The notes beneath the pieces were generated by a model, which did not search any database, had not been told where the DNA came from, and was given only the letters and a program-made list of their open reading frames with translations. A program made the translations under genes and the position numbers. A DNA stretch of 64,000 nucleotides. Source: Promethearchaeota archaeon. GTDB taxonomy: Archaea > Asgardarchaeota > Lokiarchaeia > Sigyniarchaeales > SOKP01. The stretch is taken from positions 32,001 to 96,000 of the forward strand of contig JAEOUA010000012.1 in the NCBI GenBank assembly GCA_016839555.1, given 5' to 3'. Position 1 is the stretch's first letter. Every line of letters begins with the position of its first letter. Below are positions 60,682 to 64,000 of the stretch, in pieces.

Positions 60682-61467
60682 TTGATAGATCGAGCAAGGA
60701 TTGATTTAGGAAACCATATTATTGGCCGTCTTGAAAAAGGTGGAAGAGTTTTTGAAATGTTAATGGATCCTGAGAGAGCATGGAATGCAAAAAAATATAT
60801 TAGAGAAGAGATTAATCGAAGATTAAAGGAAGGAAAAGAGCAATCAAGATTAACAGTAGAAGAAGTAATAGAGGATCCTAATATACCTTTAGAACTTATT
60901 TTTGAATCTTTCATAGTGTTTGAGGATTTAAGAAGAGGCAAAAAAGCCACGGACGGTGATATGGAGGCAATATTCGATACAACGGAAGGCAGAGAAATTG
61001 GAGCTCACATCCTCTTAGAAGGTAATATACAATGGACAAAAGCTCAGCGAGAAGAGGAAAAAGAGAAAAAACTCAAGCAAATTATTAATATTATTTCCAA
61101 AAACGCTATTAATCCGCAAAATAATAAACCGCATCCGCCAGAAAGAATTGAGAAAGCGATTGAAGAAGCAAATGTGAAGGTGGATCTCATGAGAAGTGCC
61201 GAAGAGCAAGTGGATGATATCGTGAAACTAATCAGAACTATTCTCCCTATTAAAATGGAACAAGTGGAAATGGCTGTTAAAATCCCCACCTCTTTCACCG
61301 CAAAGGGATACAATATCGTGGCTCAATTTGCTCAGATCAAGCAAGAGGAATGGCAATCAGACGGATCCTGGGTGGCAAAAATAAGCTTTCCCGCAGGATT
61401 ACAAATGGAATTCTTAGATAAATTACAAAAGTTAACGCACGGTAGAGTTCAAACAAAATTATTATAA
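60682..61467 (+). CDS. Ribosome maturation protein SBDS/Sdo1
   Basis: FEML.DP, INPQNNKPHPPERIEKA, EEWQSDGSW. Confidence 0.93.
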   Translation: MIDRARIDLGNHIIGRLEKGGRVFEMLMDPERAWNAKKYIREEINRRLKEGKEQSRLTVEEVIEDPNIPLELIFESFIVFEDLRRGKKATDGDMEAIFDTTEGREIGAHILLEGNIQWTKAQREEEKEKKLKQIINIISKNAINPQNNKPHPPERIEKAIEEANVKVDLMRSAEEQVDDIVKLIRTILPIKMEQVEMAVKIPTSFTAKGYNIVAQFAQIKQEEWQSDGSWVAKISFPAGLQMEFLDKLQKLTHGRVQTKLL

Positions 61468-61729
61468 TTTTGTGAAAATATCATATCATTTAGCTATTTC
61501 CAGCTTATTTTGAGAAGCTCTCACTTTTTAGCGCCAATTAGCCTTTATACTAATAATTTGTAGGACAATTACTATAAATGATAAAATCATTTCTGTTTTA
61601 TGAGTGAAATTCTAAATCGCTCATAATGAAAATTGTTAATCTTTTAAATAAATTCATTAAAATTTTATGCCATTAAAATTTATATTACTTAAAAGAATTT
61701 TAAAAAAATAGGAAGCGACCAAAAAAACA

Positions 61730-62494
61730 ATGGAAAGCAACGAAGAATCCGAAACTGATGATGAATTTGAAGATGAACAGACTTCAAGAGAGATTGTCGC
61801 CCCTGGCGAGGTTTTAAGCGAAGATATAGACACGTATAATCCTGGTCGAGGAACAATTCTCAATAAAAAGCGGGATAAGATCATATCTGTGTTAGTAGGC
61901 TTAAAACAGATAAAGAATCAATATATTAATGTAATTCCTTTAAATGGTTTTTATACCACCCATCCTGGAGATAAAGTAATTGCGATTGTTATAGATAAAA
62001 ATCCTGTGAAATATCGCTGTGATATTAATGCTAAATATCCAGGAATTTTAAAACCAAGTAATACGATTAAATTTGATAAAAAAAGAAGGCGGGGAAAATA
62101 CCATGAAAAGCCAGATACAGAAAAATATGAGATTGGAGATGTATTAGTTGCGAAAGTTATTTCAGCTGATCGCTTGAATGATCCCGAATTAACGACCGTG
62201 GGAAAATATTTGGGTAAAAAAACCGATGGGATCATAATTCAAATTGATCCTCCCAAGGTGCCGAGAGTCATAGGCAGAAATGGTTCCATGATTAAAATGT
62301 TGAAAAAAGCAACCAATTGCAACATTTTTGTTTGCCAAAATGGCCGCATATGGATAAAAGGCGATAGTATTGAAAGCGAACGACTTGCAATTGAAGCTAT
62401 TTATAAAATCGAAAGGGAAGCTCATACTCAAGGGCTTACTGATAGAATGGAAGAATTTATCAAAAATGAGAAACAAACAAGAGGTATTAAATAA
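61730..62494 (+). CDS. rrp4: Exosome subunit Rrp4
   Basis: IVAPGE, S1 domain, KVPRVIGRNGSMI, QNGRIWI, EAHTQGLTDR. Confidence 0.95.
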   Translation: MESNEESETDDEFEDEQTSREIVAPGEVLSEDIDTYNPGRGTILNKKRDKIISVLVGLKQIKNQYINVIPLNGFYTTHPGDKVIAIVIDKNPVKYRCDINAKYPGILKPSNTIKFDKKRRRGKYHEKPDTEKYEIGDVLVAKVISADRLNDPELTTVGKYLGKKTDGIIIQIDPPKVPRVIGRNGSMIKMLKKATNCNIFVCQNGRIWIKGDSIESERLAIEAIYKIEREAHTQGLTDRMEEFIKNEKQTRGIK

Positions 62495-62497
62495 AGA

Positions 62498-63268
62498 ATG
62501 GTGTTATTAATTCAAGATGAATATCCCGAAAAATTATGGCGTGAAGATGGAATGCGTCTAGATGGTCGAGGACCATATGATTTGCGTCCTATAAAAATGG
62601 AAGTTGATGTTATTAAAAATGCGGACGGAAGCGCATATATAGAATGGGGGAATAATAAGATATTTGCCAGTGTTTATGGTCCAAGAGAGGTTCACCCTCA
62701 TCATTTGGCTAAACCAGACAGAGGGATTTTGAGAACATTCTATCGTATGGCTACCTACTCTGTTTTTGAAAGAAAAAGACCCGCACCGGGTAGAAGAGAG
62801 AAAGAAATCTCAATGATTATCTCTGATTGTTTGGAACCCGTTCTTTTTCTTGAATTATATCCAGGTACAAGTTTTGAAATCTTCATTGAAGTGGTGGATG
62901 CTGATGGAGGAACACGTTGCGCAAGCACGACCGTAGCAGCCTTAGCTTTAGCTGATGCTGGTGTTCCGATGAGAAGTTTAGTCACTTCTTGTGCCGTTGG
63001 AAAAATTGAAGGAAAATTGGTGACTGATTTATCAGGGGTTGAAGATAAAGCTGGTGAAGCAGATTTACCAGTTGCCATCACATGGTTTAATGATGAATTA
63101 TCACTATTACAATTTGACGGGCAAATTTCTCAACCAGAATTAGAAGAATGTTTAGATATGGCGAAAGATGCCCTGGAAAAGATTTATAACATGCAATTGG
63201 ATGCACTTAAGCGAAAATATATTAAAATACAAGAGGAAGTTGAAGAAATGGGAGGTGGAAGTGTCTAA
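62498..63268 (+). CDS. rrp41: Exosome catalytic subunit Rrp41
   Basis: RLDGR, ADGSAYIEWG, YGPRE, ADGGTR, EDKAGEADLP. Confidence 0.96.
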   Translation: MVLLIQDEYPEKLWREDGMRLDGRGPYDLRPIKMEVDVIKNADGSAYIEWGNNKIFASVYGPREVHPHHLAKPDRGILRTFYRMATYSVFERKRPAPGRREKEISMIISDCLEPVLFLELYPGTSFEIFIEVVDADGGTRCASTTVAALALADAGVPMRSLVTSCAVGKIEGKLVTDLSGVEDKAGEADLPVAITWFNDELSLLQFDGQISQPELEECLDMAKDALEKIYNMQLDALKRKYIKIQEEVEEMGGGSV

Positions 63269-63999
63269 TGATGGATATAAAACGCGTCATATCTACAATA
63301 GAAAAAAGTTACATTGAAGATAATTTGAAAAAGGAAAAAAGAATTGACGGGAGAGGATTATGGGAATACAGAGACTTCAATATAACAACTGACACAATAG
63401 CGGCAGCGGAAGGCTCTTCTGATGTATCTTTAGGAGATACCAGAATTCTCACAGGCATCAAATATGATATTGGAGAACCTTATCCTGATATGCCTGATGA
63501 GGGAGTATGTAGCATAATGGCAGAATTATTACCTTTAGCATCTCCGTTATTTGAACGAGGACCCCCAGATCAGCAATCAATAGAATTAGCAAGAGTAGTT
63601 GACAGAGGTATCCGACATGCTAATTGTATCCAAACCAAACGATTATGTATAAAAGAAAATGAAGCCGTGTATATCGTCTTTGTTGATATGTATGTCATAA
63701 ATCACGGTGGAAATATGATTGACTGTGGTGGGGTTGGATGTTTAGCAGCGCTAATTTCAGCTCATATTCCCGAAGGAAAATGGACTGAAAATGGACCAGA
63801 ATGGACGGGAGGCTATATAACAGGAAAGGATATTATAAGTGATTTACCTCTTCCTATTACGTTCGGAAAAATAGGGGATAATGTTTTTCTTGATCCTTGT
63901 CTTCCCGAACAATTAGTTAGTGAAGGAAGAGTAACCATCTCAGTTACGGAAAATAATGTAGCGAGCATTCAAAAGAGTGGAGTTGCAACATTCACTCCA
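63268..63999 (+). CDS. rrp42: Exosome subunit Rrp42 (3' truncated by window end)
   Basis: Not in ORF track. MMDIKRVIST...RIDGRGLWEYR...AEGS...GEPYPDMPDEG...GPPDQQSIELARVVDRGIR. Confidence 0.95.
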   Translation, partial: MMDIKRVISTIEKSYIEDNLKKEKRIDGRGLWEYRDFNITTDTIAAAEGSSDVSLGDTRILTGIKYDIGEPYPDMPDEGVCSIMAELLPLASPLFERGPPDQQSIELARVVDRGIRHANCIQTKRLCIKENEAVYIVFVDMYVINHGGNMIDCGGVGCLAALISAHIPEGKWTENGPEWTGGYITGKDIISDLPLPITFGKIGDNVFLDPCLPEQLVSEGRVTISVTENNVASIQKSGVATFTP

Positions 64000-64000
64000 G

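Overview
AT-rich archaeal chromosomal segment, most consistent with an Asgard archaeon of the Lokiarchaeia type. Archaeal core genes (PolD DP1/DP2, Cdc6, TFB, GatDE, archaeal MAT, CarS, Nop5/fibrillarin, exosome/proteasome superoperon) co-occur with eukaryotic-signature-like proteins (profilin, longin, BAR-like, LITAF-like, JAMM). Main observations: (1) rnhB (RNase HII) is split inside its catalytic DEAGRG motif by a 28-nt insert whose ends form a bulge-helix-bulge (BHB); canonical endonuclease cuts restore the frame exactly, so it looks like an mRNA intron spliced by the tRNA machinery. (2) All four tRNAs carry introns, three at non-canonical positions. (3) A 53-aa ORF missing from the ORF track encodes a WH2-like actin-binding motif; it lies near a BAR-like gene and a coiled-coil/proline-rich WAVE/WASH/VASP-like gene, with a profilin elsewhere in the window. 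(4) An 8-gene cluster of unknown function contains a PC4-like protein, an AAA ATPase, an ATPase-dead SMC-like protein and a MAGE/KITE-like protein. (5) At least three genes appear to initiate at ATT. No CRISPR array, rRNA or transposase was seen. All family assignments are from motif recognition by eye, not database searches.
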